From Squalus acanthias (Eukaryota), in contig CM059426.1 in the NCBI GenBank assembly GCA_030390025.1, positions 199,144,237-199,208,000 of the forward strand: DNA of 63,764 nt, written 5' to 3'. Shown piece after piece: positions 11,199 through 23,384 of this stretch. Within the stretch, counting starts at the first letter, position 1. The number at the start of each line of letters is the position of its first letter. A program made the position numbers and the translations under genes. The notes beneath the pieces were generated by a model that worked only from the letters and a program-made list of their open reading frames with translations, made no database searches and was not told where the DNA came from.

Positions 11199-12021
11199 GG
11201 GGGGGAATTTTGCCAGCGCTCAGGGGGCGGGTTTGGAGGCGGGACATCCGGCAAAATTGCAAAGATTGACAGCGGGTCAGAAACCCACTGTCAACCCGCC
11301 TCCAATCAATCTTCCCAGGTGTCAGGTCCCCGATTTGCGCATGGGCCCGACACCTAGCGGCAGGAAGAAGATTATAGGCACTCAACTGCTTGTTAACAGG
11401 TTGTTAACAGGCAGTTAAGAGGCTTTTTGCAATTTTGACAGGTCTACTGCGGGCTTCCCGATGTCCGGACACCACGCCAGGTAAGTGTGGCGTGCTGTGG
11501 GTCTACTGTAATGTTTGTGCATTGATGACAGCTGCAGAAGTGGTGTGAAGGATCCAGTGTTACACTGGTGAGTTTCAGAAGTAAGAAAATGTTGGGAAAA
11601 TCATTTTTAATGTATTTAGACTTTTCTGTAGGAGACAAGTTTTGAATTGTTTGTGTAGTCCCACCTCATTGGGAGAACCTCTCTCACCAGTGACAGATCG
11701 CTTCTGTAACCTCACCTGCAGCTGCCATCTGTTCTAGCCTAAGGAGGGAGTCACTGGAGAGCCTGGGTTCAAGGGCTCACCTTTGTACAGTGTTTGTCAG
11801 TGTTTGCAGCACCTTTAAGAAAACCGGCAGATGACACGTCATCAACTGACGTCACCTGACACCGGCTTTCTCTTAATTAGCTGGCAAGCCCGCAGGGCGG
11901 GCTTAACAAGGCCAATCGACGCAAAATCGCGTCTGTGCGTCGGATGTCGTTGGGGGCAGGATTGGAACCCGGAAGGCAGCTGTCCCGCCCCCAAGCCGCA
12001 TCGAGAGGAAAAATCACGGCT
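11199..12021 (+). mobile_element. ~825-bp non-autonomous Harbinger deletion derivative of the 55474-57219 element
   Basis: Both ends align to 55474-57219; same internal junction as the inverted copy at 42024-42848; GAA flanks both sides. Confidence 0.85.
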
Positions 12022-12244
12022 GAAGCTTTTAAAGCTCAAAACACACAAATGACTGCAGTAAAAATGAGCATTGGGCCGGCTTCCAGCTTTCCTCGACGGC
12101 AGCTCCCAAGTCTCCCAACGTCCACCGGCCATGACTGGTGGGCGGAGGCTCCAGCCACCAGGATCGAGGTCAGAATGGGCGGGCTCTCAGCAGTAAGGTA
12201 GCATGTCAATTATTTTGGTCTCGTTACTGCCCTGCTTTTACATA

Positions 12245-12478
12245 AAATTACATAGAATTTTACAGCACAGAAACAGGCCATTTGGCCCAACAGGTCTGTG
12301 CCGGTGTTTATGCTCCACATGAGCCTCCTCCCACCTTACTTCATCTCACCCTAGAGACATAACCTTCCATTCTTTTCTCACTCATGTACTTTTCTAGCTT
12401 CCCCTTAAATGCATCTCTGCTATTCGCCTCAACCATTCCATGTGGTAGTGAGTTCCACATTCTCACCACTCTCTGAGT
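12245..12478 (-). mobile_element. CR1 3' fragment
   Basis: Minus strand TQRVVRMWNSLP..VEANSRDAFKGKL plus CR1 tail. Confidence 0.88.
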
Positions 12479-12944
12479 AAGGATATGTGGAGAATAATTT
12501 GGGGTAAGGTGGGGGAATGCCTGTAAATGCAAACGGGCACTGAAGAGGCTGAACCAGAGCACAGTGAGCTTCAGGCTCAGCAAAATCACGCAGCTTAGAC
12601 TTTTTCCAGGGTCAGCACTAATTACTTAACATGGGGCGGTCTCGGCCTATACTGGACCTGCCAGCGGGACTCCTCCGTGGGGTTGGGGCCACAGGTCAGA
12701 TTGTCATTGGACCTTAAAGGGTTTCAGGCTACCATTAAAGCGATGTGCTCACTTTAAGGTAAGTGGCTACATATGGGGCCAAAACGTTGTATGGGTAATA
12801 ACTATGAGAAGACAAAACAAATGTGTTGGGAGAAAATGGAGTCCGAGTGCACGTAATGACACATTGCAGCACCCCAACCCAGTTTGATGGCTGGCAAAGT
12901 GCAGGTGCTGCTTCACAACATGGGTATCAGGTGCATTGACCTTG

Positions 12945-13390
12945 CTTGCCTTTGAGTCAGAAGGTTGTGGGTTCAAGTCCCACTGCACAAAACTTGAGCA
13001 CAAAAATCTAGGCTGACACTCCAGTGCAGTGCTGAAGGAGTGCTGCACTGTCGGATGTGCCGTCTTTCGAATGAGATGTTAAACTGAGGCCCCGTCTGCT
13101 CTCTCAGGTGGACGTAAAAGATCCCATGGCACTATTTCAAAGAAGAGCAGGGGAGTTCTCCCCGGTGTGCTGGCCAACATTGATCCCTCAATCAACATCA
13201 CAAAAACAGATTATCTGGTCATTATCACATTGCTGTTTGTGGGAGCTTGCTGTGCACAAATTGGCTGCTGCATTTCCTACATTACAACAGTGACTACACT
13301 TCAAAAGTACTTCATTGGCTGTAAAGCGCTTTGGGATGTCCGGTGGTCATGAAAGGCGCTATATGAATGCAAGCCTTTCTTTTTTTCTTT
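12945..13390 (+). mobile_element. tRNA-derived DeuSINE (SacSINE1-like)
   Basis: B-box GGTTCAAGTCC; central AAAGATCCCATGGCACT...CCCCGGTGT.CTGGCCAA (Deu-domain-like as in AmnSINE1); L2-type tail GAAAGGCGCTATAT.AATGCAAG. Confidence 0.88.
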
Positions 13391-13761
13391 CAAATGACCC
13401 AAGACTTGCTCTTAGATGCCTCATCATTCCTTAAGCTTTTGTGAAAGCTTGTGTTGTAAGAGTCCCCTTATGTCCCCCCTCTCTTTTTAAGCTCTTCCTG
13501 TTCTGCTGCAGTCCTGTAACTGCTTCAACTACAGACGACTTTTCGATGAGTTTGCATACAATGGTTGACCACTTTTGGTTCAATATAAACATTCCTCACT
13601 CCTTTGATCAAAAGCAACCCCTCAAAATAAATAAAAACAAAAACACTAAAAGAACCAGAATATATAGAGAAAATGTAACAAAAACAAGCACTAAAAAGGT
13701 ACAGAAAAAATGAAAATTCAAAACAATTGCATAAATTCATGTGTACCTTTAAGAGTTTCAT

Positions 13762-13915
13762 CATAGAATTAACAGCACAGAAACAGGCCGTTCGGCCCAA
13801 CTGGAATATGCCAGTGTTTAAGCTCCACACAAGCCTCCTCCCACCCTACTTCCTCTCACCCTACTAGCATGTCCTTCTATTACTTTCTCCCTCATTTAAT
13901 TACCTAGTTTCCCAT
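13762..13915 (-). mobile_element. CR1 3' tail fragment
   Basis: Matches tail at 12245-12400. Confidence 0.8.
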
Positions 13916-14379
13916 TCTCATAATTGAAGCTATTCCCAGACCCACTTCAGACGGGCGAATGCAGAGCACAATCTGCCTCATTTTCAAGCTTTATAATATG
14001 TAAATTAAGATTTCTCACAATTTGTACAAGAACGCTTACGGCACATAAAGGGAGGTGATGTGGCAACAGCAATCTCCACCATCTCCCGAATACCTTTATC
14101 GTCCATTCCAACCCAGTGTCACTGCCCTTGTGACTGGAAAATCACATACAACATCCTGCGTCATTAAACGTCAAGTGAATAAAAAAATCAGGAGTAAAAT
14201 AAACAATTACTGTTTTTCACTCTTCCAGGATAGCCCCATTGTAAAATAAAACCTCCAATGCGTGCAGTCCAAAGTCAATGAATGAATATCCTTTCATGTC
14301 TTCACAAAAGATTCTTTCACATCCAGTTCCTCAGAGGCACACTTGTTTTTTTTTATTGAGAATCCTTGGCGCTCTCACT

Positions 14380-14580
14380 GATGGCTCAGCTGATTAACAC
14401 GATGACTAAATGAGTTGCACAGGCCAAAGTCCCAGGTTTGATCGCCAGTCCGCACTGGGTTAGCTGATGTCAGCCTGGGTGGCAGTAAGGGTACTTACAG
14501 ATAGGCTCATGTACCATTGGTTAGAGAGGGGAATAAATCAGCCAGGATTCCCACTCCTGCCCATTATCCAATGACCCTTA
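14380..14580 (+). mobile_element. tRNA-derived SINE of a second family (degraded)
   Basis: A-box-like TGGCTCAG, B-box-like CCCAGGTTTGATC; similar to 47632-47835. Confidence 0.6.
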
Positions 14581-14599
14581 TTGGATATTCACTTTTGTG

Positions 14600-14715
14600 G
14601 ACAACATTTATATATAACACTTTTAATGTAGTAAAACGTCCCAAGGTGCTTCACAGGAGCGTTATCAAACAAAATTTGACACCGAGCCACATAAGGAGAC
14701 ATTAGGACAGGTGAC
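14600..14715 (-). mobile_element. L2 LINE 3' tail (continues at 17232-17480)
   Basis: Reverse complement of the L2 tail at 25310-25400; split by CR1. Confidence 0.8.
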
Positions 14716-17231
14716 AGGTGTAATAAAGGTACGGCTATAATCATGGGAGATTTTAATCTTCATATTGATTGGACAAAGCAAATTGGCAAAGGTAGACTTG
14801 AGGAAGAGTTCTTAGAGTGTATACGGGATGGTTTCTTGGAACAATATGTTGTGGAACCAACCAGGGAGAAGACTATTTTAGATCTGGTAATGTGTAACGA
14901 GGCTGGATTAATTAATGATCTCGAAGTGAAGGATCCTCTTGGGAAGAGTGATCATAGCATGGTAGAATTTCAAATTCAGTTTGAGGGTGAGAAAGTTAGG
15001 TCTCAAACTAGTGTCCTGAACTTAAACAAAGGTAATTACAAAGGCAGACTTGGTTAAAGTGGACTGGGAAAATATATTACAGGGTAAGACTGTAGAAAAG
15101 CAATGGCAAACATTTAAGCAGATATTTCATAACTCTCAGCAAAGATATATTCCAGTGAGAAAGAAAGACTCCAAGAGAAGGATGAACCATCCGTGGATAA
15201 CTAAGGAAGTAAAGGATGGTATCAAATTGCAAACTAAAGCATACAATGTTACGAAAATTAGTGAAAGGCCAGAGGATTGGGAAATTTTTAAAAAGCAGAA
15301 AAGGACGACTAAAAAAATGATAAAGAGAGAGAAGATAGCTTATGAGAGTAAGCTAGCAGGAAATATAAAAACAGACAGTAAGAGCTTCTACAGGTATATA
15401 AAAAGGAAGAGAGTAGCTAAAGTAAACGTTGGTCCCTAGAGGATGAGTCTGGGGAATTAATAATGGTAAACAGGGAAATGGTGGAGACCTTGAACAAATA
15501 TTTTGTATTGGTCTTCGTGGTAGAAGACACTAAAAGCATCCCAATAATGGATAATCAAGGGGCTATTGGGGTGGGGGAGGGAGACTTAAAACAATCACTA
15601 TCACTAGAGAGAAAGTACTAGGCAAACTAATGGGACTAAAGGTGGACAAGTCCCCTGGACCCGATGGCATGCATCCTAGAGTCTTAAAAGAGGTGGCTGC
15701 AGAGATAGTGGATGCATTGGTTGTAATCTACCAAAATTCCCTGGATTCCGGAGAGGTCCCAGTGGATTGGAAAACCGCAAATGTAGCGCCCCTATTTAAG
15801 AAAGGAGGGAGACAGAAAGCAGACAACTATCGACCAGTTAGCCTAACATCTGTCATTGGGAAAATGCTGGAGTCCATCATTAAGTAAGTGATAGCAGGAC
15901 ATTTAGAAAATCATAATATAGTCAAGCAGAGTCAGCATGGTTTTATGAAAGGGAAATCGTGTTTGACAAATCTGCTGGAGTTCTTTGAGGATGTAACGTG
16001 CAGGGTGGATAAAGGGGAACCAGTAGATGTCATGTATTTGGATTTCCAGAAGGCATTCGATAAGTTGCCACATAAAAGATTACTACACAAGATAAGAGCT
16101 CAGGGGTTGGGGGTAATATATTAGCATGGATAGAGAATTGGCTAACTAACAGAAAACAGAGAGTCGGGATAAATGGGTCATTTTCAGGTTGGCAAACTGT
16201 AACTAGTGGGGTGCCGCAGGGATCAGTGCTGGTGCCTCAACTATTTACAATCTATATTAATGACTTGGATGAAGGGACCGAGTGTAATGTAGCCAAATTT
16301 GCTGATGATACAAAGATAGGTGGGAAAGCAAATTGTGTGGAGGACGCAAAGAATCTCCAAAGGGATATAGATAGGCTATGTGAGTGGGCAAAAATCTGGC
16401 AGATGGAGTTTAATGTGGGAAAATGCGAGGTTATCCACATTGGTAGGAAAAATAAAAAAGTAAATTATTATTTAAATGGGGAGAGATTACAAAATGCTGA
16501 GGTACAGAGGGATCTGGGGGTTCTTGTACATGAATCACAAAAAGTTAGCATGCAGGTACAGCAAGTAATTAGGAAGGCAAATGGAGTGTTGGCCTTTATT
16601 GCAAAGGGAATGGAGTATAAAAGTAGGGAAGTTCTGTTACAACTGTACAGGGCGTTGATGAGACCATAAATGGAGTACTGCGTACAGTTTTGGTCTCCTT
16701 ATTTAAGGAAGGATATACTTGCATTGGAGGCAGTTCAGAGAAGGTTCACGAGGTTGATTCCGGAGATGAAGGGGTTGTCTTATGAAGAAAGGTTGAGCAG
16801 GTTGGGCCTATACTCATTGGAGTTTAGAAGAATGAGAGGGGATCTTATTGAAACATATAAGATTCTGAAGGAGCTCGACAGGGTAGATGCAGAGAGGATG
16901 TTTCCCCTCGTGGGGGAATCTAGAACTAGGGGGCATAATTTCAGAATAAGGGGGCACCCTTTTAAATCGGAAATGAGGAGGAATTTCTTCTCTCAGAGGG
17001 TCGTGAATCTTTGGAATTCTCTTCCCCAGAGAGCTGTGGAGGCTGGGTCATTGAATATATTTAAGGTGGAGATAGACAGATTTTTGAACGATAAGGGAGT
17101 CAAGGGTTATGGGGAGCGGGCAGGAAAGTGGAGTTGAGGCCAAGATCAGATCAGCCATGATCTTATTGAATGGCGGAGCAGGCTCGAGGAACCCAATGAC
17201 CTACTCCTGCTCCTACGTCTTATGTTCTTAT
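14716..17231 (+). mobile_element. CR1 LINE with partial endonuclease and RT, multiple stops/frameshifts
   Basis: GDFN, LDLV, SDH endonuclease motifs; KSPGPDG, QGSVL, FADD; CTTATGTT tail; GTGAC duplicated at 14711-14715 and 17232-17236. Confidence 0.96.
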
Positions 17232-17480
17232 GTGACCAAAAGCACGGTCAAAGAGGTAGGTTTTAAGGAGTGTCTTAAAGGAGGAGAGTGAGATATAGAG
17301 GCGGAGAAGTTTAGGGAGGAAATTCCAGAGCTTAGGGCCTAGACAGCTGAAGGCACGGCCGCAAATGGTGGAGCGATGAAAATTGGGGGTGCGCAAAAGG
17401 CCAGAATTGGAGGAGTGCCAGAGATCTCGGAAGGTCATAGGGCTGGAGGAGGTTACAGCGATAGGGAGGGGTGAGACATC
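17232..17480 (-). mobile_element. L2 LINE 3' region
   Basis: Minus strand GRAFSCLGPKLWNFLP...SFKTLLKTYLFD. Confidence 0.9.
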
Positions 17481-19324
17481 GGACAAGAGCAGAGAGAGAC
17501 AGATAGAGACAGACACATGGAAAGACAGCGAGTGAGCCTGGGCAGCAGGACACTGAGGGTGTAGTATCCTTAATAATATAGCGGCCGTACAATTTGCCAG
17601 CAGTGAACTGAAAATCATTCTGATTAAACCCACAGCTATGATGTTAGTCATTAATCTTGCATTGTGAGCGGCAGTGACACGTGTTCGGTACTGTCAGCAG
17701 TGGGCCATAGGCCTGAATAACAAAACAAATCCTAAACAAAACCCCCCGACGTCAAATTAAAACAGTAGATTGTCCGAAGAAACTAATAAACATGAGGGAA
17801 TGATTTCAGCAATCTATTATCAGGGTTTGCTCTCACTGTTTATAAACCCATCCACCATCCGACGGCCTTACAATCACTCTCTGGCATCTATTATTCTCTA
17901 CTTATTCTCACACACGCAAAATAATGATCCTACGGGCTGATAGGAAAACAACAATTAAACCTGCTGTGGACAAGGTGAACTAGTGGAAGCCGTTTTACGA
18001 GTGCGTTTGATGCTGCCAACCGATGAGTTCTTCTCATTGCCCTGGGAGTGTCCTGTGTCAGTCCAACCACCGTAAGCAGGTGAACTCTGCCAGTTCAACT
18101 CTATTTACGCAGACTTGAAATCAAATGCACAGACACTGCTTCACGAGGAAGTCTATATCTCATTTGAACTGGAATAAACCAAAAGGAGCTGGGATATTGT
18201 CTCATCGTGCATTCTAAATCAGTTGGTGTAGAAAATAATGGGGAGTTAATCAGATCACTGAAACTCTAATTCACTTGCTATTGATCCGCAGATGCCTAAT
18301 GGGACGGCAGACCAATTTCAAATTACAGTACACTTACTCGTCCTGGAATACCAATGGCCAAATCCTTAAGTGGGCAAGAGATCAAAGCATTCAGGGTTTA
18401 TTCTTTTCCCTATTCCTGGTATGTAAAGGACAAAATGCATTAATGTAGAGTTCGATTGCTATTAGCTAATTAATGCAGGACGCTGGGCAGTGTGGGTTCA
18501 TAATACTTCATCAGTTTCCCCCATATTTAGGAGCCCGCAGGTGAGAGGAGGCAACATTAATGACGATCGGTGTCCACTCGGAAGGGTCTGCCAATGCATT
18601 CCAGTAAGGTTGAGAATATTGTACACACTAAGCAAACTCAGAGATGAGCAAAAATGAACAAGATTAGATTAGTATTGCAGTTCCAGTGCCATCGCAGGGG
18701 AAAAGGAAAGTGCCATGTTAGCTGATCATTATTCTGCCCATTATTTAAGCAATAAGTATCACAGATATAATTTGCCTATTGATTACAAGTACTGTCGTTT
18801 AAATGTACAGCTGAGACTGGGGGGTGTCCTCTTTTCCATAGAGGCAGATACATTGGCCTAGAAATTCATCCATCTCAGGCAGTGGCGCAAAACTTGGTGG
18901 CATCGGATCGGCCGCCCGTTGACGGCACGTTGATGGAACTGAATATCAGGCACTGCGTATAACAGGCGACTGATCTGATAGTGCCCATTTTGCCGAGACA
19001 AATTGCTAGCCTTTTAACTCTTACCCTGCTGAATAGATCAGAACTCCACACAAGAACTAGTAATGTAATGGGGCTGAGATCCTGGAGTCCAGCAACACCC
19101 CCATCCCCATTCAATCAGACCCGCTGATTTTTCGGCCAAGTCCTAACAGGGTAAGGAAGCTCCGCAACTCACAGGCTTGCCCAGCTCCCGCTCCGGGCAG
19201 CAAGAAAAGCGTATCCCTCAGCTCTGACACAACCTGACACCCGCCCACATCAGACGTGAACAAAGAACCCGCAGAACAGAGCCGAGAATGCCTCGACTTA
19301 CACAGGAGCCTTACGAGCAACATT

Positions 19325-19700
19325 TGAGCATCAGCTTGGTCAGTGGTAGCACTCTCATCTCTGAGACAAAAGGTTGTGTGTTCAAGCCCCACTCCAGGAC
19401 TTCAGTAAATAATCTTGGCTGACACTCCAGTGCAGTACTGAGGAAGGGCTACACTGTCAGAGGTGCCGTGTTTCAGATGAGACGTTTGTCTGTGCAGATG
19501 GATGTACAAGATCCCTCAGCGCTATTTGAAAAGCAGGTGAGTTCTCCTGGTCTCCTGGCAAACAACGCCTCAGCACACAGCAAAAACAGATTCATTTATG
19601 GTTTGTGGGATCTTGCTGTGTGCAAATTGGCTGCCATGTTTGCCTACATAACAGTGACTGCACTTAAAAGTAATTGATTTATGGTGAAGCACTTTGGCCA
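19325..19700 (+). mobile_element. DeuSINE (SacSINE1-like), diverged
   Basis: CAGTGGTAGCACTCTC head, GTTCAAGCCC B-box, body matches 12945-13390. Confidence 0.85.
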
Positions 19701-19756
19701 TGTAATATATATATATACATATATATACACAAGTTCTTCCAAGAGAAATGATCTTC

Positions 19757-21237
19757 CAAGAGTAAGGAAGTCTTGCTACAATTGTACAGGACTTGTTGAG
19801 ACCACACCTGGAATACTGTCCACAGTTTTGGTCTCCTTATCTGAGGGACGATAGACTTGCCTTAGAGGCGGTGCAACGAAGGTTCACTACATTGATTCCT
19901 GGGATGAGAGGGTTGTCCTGTGAGGAGACATTGAGTAGACTGGGCCTATACTCGCCAGGTGATCTCATTGAAACATATAACATTCTGAGGGGGAATGACA
20001 GGATAGATGCTGAGAGGTTGTTTCCCCTGGCTGGAGAGTCTGGAACTAAGGGGCATAGGGGGAGAAATTCGGTATCGCCCCGTTTGGGGCGCAATTATCG
20101 GCCGGGCGCAAAGTTTAGCGCCTGGCGTTAATTATCGCCTCCGACTGCAAACTGGGCCTCTATCGCCCCTGGAGGTGATTTGAGCGCTAAATCAGGTGCT
20201 ACACACCTCTCTTAAGGTGCTAACACCAAGGAGCGAGGCGCTACCTCAGAGCGCTGGCGAAGCTCATGTGATGTCAGTCAGCCATGGAACACAGACACAC
20301 TGGTGCTGGCCAGTTCTTAAAGGGGAGGGTCGATCTTGCTTTCCATCCACACCCTGCTCATTGCAGCCTTGAAACTCGGCCTGGAGAGACATGTACATCA
20401 ATTCTGCTGGAAAGAACAATGGAGAGGCCCAGGGAAAGAGCTCAGAGTGCAGCCCCCATAGTCTCTTCTAAATCGATGCAAGGAATGTCAAATCAAAATG
20501 AACCTGCAAAGTGCTGCTCGGTACCCAAAACTCCTTCACACAGCGTTGAATCTCTCCAGAAGTCTCTCTCAGAATGCGTGGTGCAAAAATGTCACGGACA
20601 TAAAAAGGCAGGAAGAGGCCGCCTTTAAATAGCGCTCCCCCAGTCCCTTCCCGACTGCAAAACGATCCCCTCTACCTGTCATTGCTAGTGGCAGGCGGAA
20701 AGGCAGGGGGCGCCACTCAATATCCGGTCCGGGGCACTACCGGGGCGTTGCACGCTCAACTGATGTCACGATCTGCGGGCGCAGGAGATCGTGGCGGTAG
20801 TGTTTAGCGCCGCCGCAAAATGTCTGGTCAATTTTGCGAGCGGCGCAAACATCGCTGCACCCAGGCGCTAGTTGCTTTGCGCCCCGTTAGCGCCCTCTTA
20901 GGGCGCTAACGGGAGGCGCTAATCAATCAAATTTTCCCCCCATAGTCTCAGGATAAGGGGTCGGCCATTTAAGACTGAGATGAGGAGGAATTTCTTCACT
21001 CAGCGGGTTGTGAATCTTGGGAATTCTCTACCCCAAGGACTGTGGATGCTGAATCATTGAGTATGTTCAAGGCTGAGATAGATAGATTTTTGGACTCTAG
21101 GGGAATCAAGAGATATGGAGATCGGGCGGGAAAGTGGAGTTGAGGTCAAAGATCAGCCATGATCTTATTAAATGGAGGAGCAGGCTCGAGGGGCCGTATG
21201 ATCTACTCCTGCTCCTAATTCTTATGTTCTTATGTTC
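19757..21237 (+). mobile_element. CR1 3' region interrupted by Harbinger element
   Basis: RPHLEYC.QFWSPYL...TKGH before 20058 resumes as SLRIRG..FKTEMRRNFF after 20944; CTTATGTT tail. Confidence 0.92.
20058..20941 (+). mobile_element. ~890-bp non-autonomous PIF/Harbinger element, copy 2 (subfamily B)
   Basis: GGGGGAGAAATT / AATTTTCCCCCC ends; TSD ATA; removal restores the CR1 sequence GGGGCATAGTCTCAGG. Confidence 0.93.
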
Positions 21238-22038
21238 TAAGATCATTTCCTTCCATCAGTTTGGGATGGATTCAAGTCGAGGTCTCACAAATGAAATACT
21301 TTGTGCTAATCCACTGCTCTAACTAATCTACCACACAACAGAGGTTTAACCAGAATTATTTGAATTATTGCGTTTCAATTTTGAAACCTCATGCAGGTTT
21401 TAGGATTGCACTACATCTCTGATTTGGCATCAGTTCAAAAATAACATTTTTGCCCATCATTTATTATTTTAGTTGAACAAATATTGCTTTAATTAATATT
21501 GCGGTGATATTCTCTATTAAAAGCTTTTTTTAAAAAGTCGGTCTTGAAATGTTTTTGAAACATTTACAGACTTCCAAATGTAACATGTTCTACACCTTAC
21601 GGGATGTTTACTTTGGGTTTTCATTGCACGTCATGGGACACCCATGGTAGCCCATTTCCAGAGATTTATTTATCCCAAGAACAATGCCTGGATCTGCTCA
21701 CTAACCACCAGAATGTGTCTGCATTGCATAAACATGTAAGCTGTGGCTCACTGTAACATGAATAACCAAGGGACACATGGATGGCCCAACCCTGCCTAAG
21801 TTTTCAAAGGGCATGCAGGTCTCTGCTGTGTAGTCCTGTGCTACAGTGGTGTCACTTTCAGTATTCCTCAGCGATAATCTTACAGCACTTCTGGGCTGCA
21901 CATTCTTGCTTTCTGCTGTGAACGTTTAGCGGTTCCCTTCTGTTTCGATTGCATTGGATGTACTGGGACGTCATTCCCGAACCACAGTGGAATGCAGTTA
22001 GAGTGATCGATGTAGCCAGTGCTCCAAATGATAACTAT

Positions 22039-22483
22039 CTTCTTCTTAGGCAGTCCCTCGGAACCGAGGATGACTTGCTTCCACACTAAAAATGAGTTCT
22101 CAGGTGACTGATGAGTCCAATGCGGGACCTACAGTCTCTGTCACAGGTGGGGCAGACGGTGGTCGAAGGGGCGGGTGGGTAGGGGTGCTTGGGTTGACGT
22201 GTGCTCCTTCCGCTGTTTGCGCTTGGCTTCCGCTCGCTCCCGGCGAAGAGACCCGAGGTGTGCGGCGCCTTCCCGGATGCTTCTCCTCCACTTTGTGCGG
22301 TCTTGGGTCAGGGATTCCCAGGTGTCGGTGGGGATGTTGCCCTTTTTCAAGGAGGCTTTGAGGGTGTCCTTGAAGCGTTTCCTCTGCCCACCTGGGGCTC
22401 TCTTGCCGTGTCGGAGCTCCGAGTAGAGCGCTTGTTTTGGGAGTCTCGTATCGGGCATGCGGACGATGTGGCCCGTCCATCGG
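22039..22483 (-). mobile_element. 5'-truncated RTE-clade LINE
   Basis: RW.GHIVRMPDTRLPKQALYSEL..GKRAPGGQRKRFKDTLKASLK is the RTE ORF C-terminus; (GAA)n tail; 16-bp TSD TCCAAATGATAA(C/T)TAT at 22023-22038 and 22484-22499. Confidence 0.93.
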
Positions 22484-22619
22484 TCCAAATGATAATTATA
22501 AGTGGCTGATCAGTATATGGCAAGTTAGCGATCTGCAATATTTCATGTTAATCCCGTGATCCTTGACGTTTACGCACCAGCACGTAAACGGCTGAGCAGC
22601 AGCTAAGGAATTAACTTAT

Positions 22620-23040
22620 TTTATGTAACCCTTATCACATCTCTCAGAATGTCCCAAAGCTCCATGCATGCAGCGAATTACAGTGGAAGTGCAGTCACTA
22701 TTGTTATATCGATGAATACAGCAGCCATTTTGTGTATAACAATGTCCCACAAACAGCAATGAGATGAATAATTAGGCAGTTCGTTGAGGATGAATGTTGT
22801 CCAAGACACCAGGAGAACTCCCTGCTCTTCTTTGAATAGTGCCATGGGGTAATAATGTTCACCTGCAAGACCTCAGTTCAGCATCTCATTTGAAGGACGG
22901 TGCTTTCATTAATGCAGCACACCCTCAATACTACACTGACGTGCCAGCCTACATTATACGCCCCAATCCTAGTAGTGAGCTTGAATCCACAAACTTCTAA
23001 CTCAGAGCCAAGTGTCCTAGCAACTGGGCCAAGCTGACAC
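22620..23040 (-). mobile_element. DeuSINE (SacSINE1-like), diverged
   Basis: Reverse-complement match to 12945-13390 including head and Deu-like region. Confidence 0.8.
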
Positions 23041-23384
23041 TGGAGCAGTAAACAGCTGATTAAATAACTGCACAGCTCCTTCTCTCCAAAGCTCTGTCTA
23101 GAACATTATTGCTTTCATATCGTCCCATTCATTGATTTCAGCCCAAAACAGGTATTCCGAGCACAGTCCTGGCCTGCACCAACCAGGCCTCTAACCAGCT
23201 GAGCAGCTCTCCAGATATTGAGCGAAGAGAAAAAATAATCATAGAATTATGGTTGCAATGACTACACTGTGGTAATCGGTGAGTTTGGGGGATTTAAGCA
23301 ACTTACAATACTTCATATCGACGAGCAAATCTCCTGTGGTGTTGCTCACAGGTCCAGTTGTCGATATTTACTGCAACCTAAATG

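Noticed and set aside
12945-13000. tRNA gene
   Set aside because: The B-box belongs to a SINE head; no complete cloverleaf, and it continues into SINE body.
22105-22135. CTGATGAGTCC...GGAC as a second hammerhead
   Set aside because: Lacks the GAAA box and is the antisense of RTE sequence.
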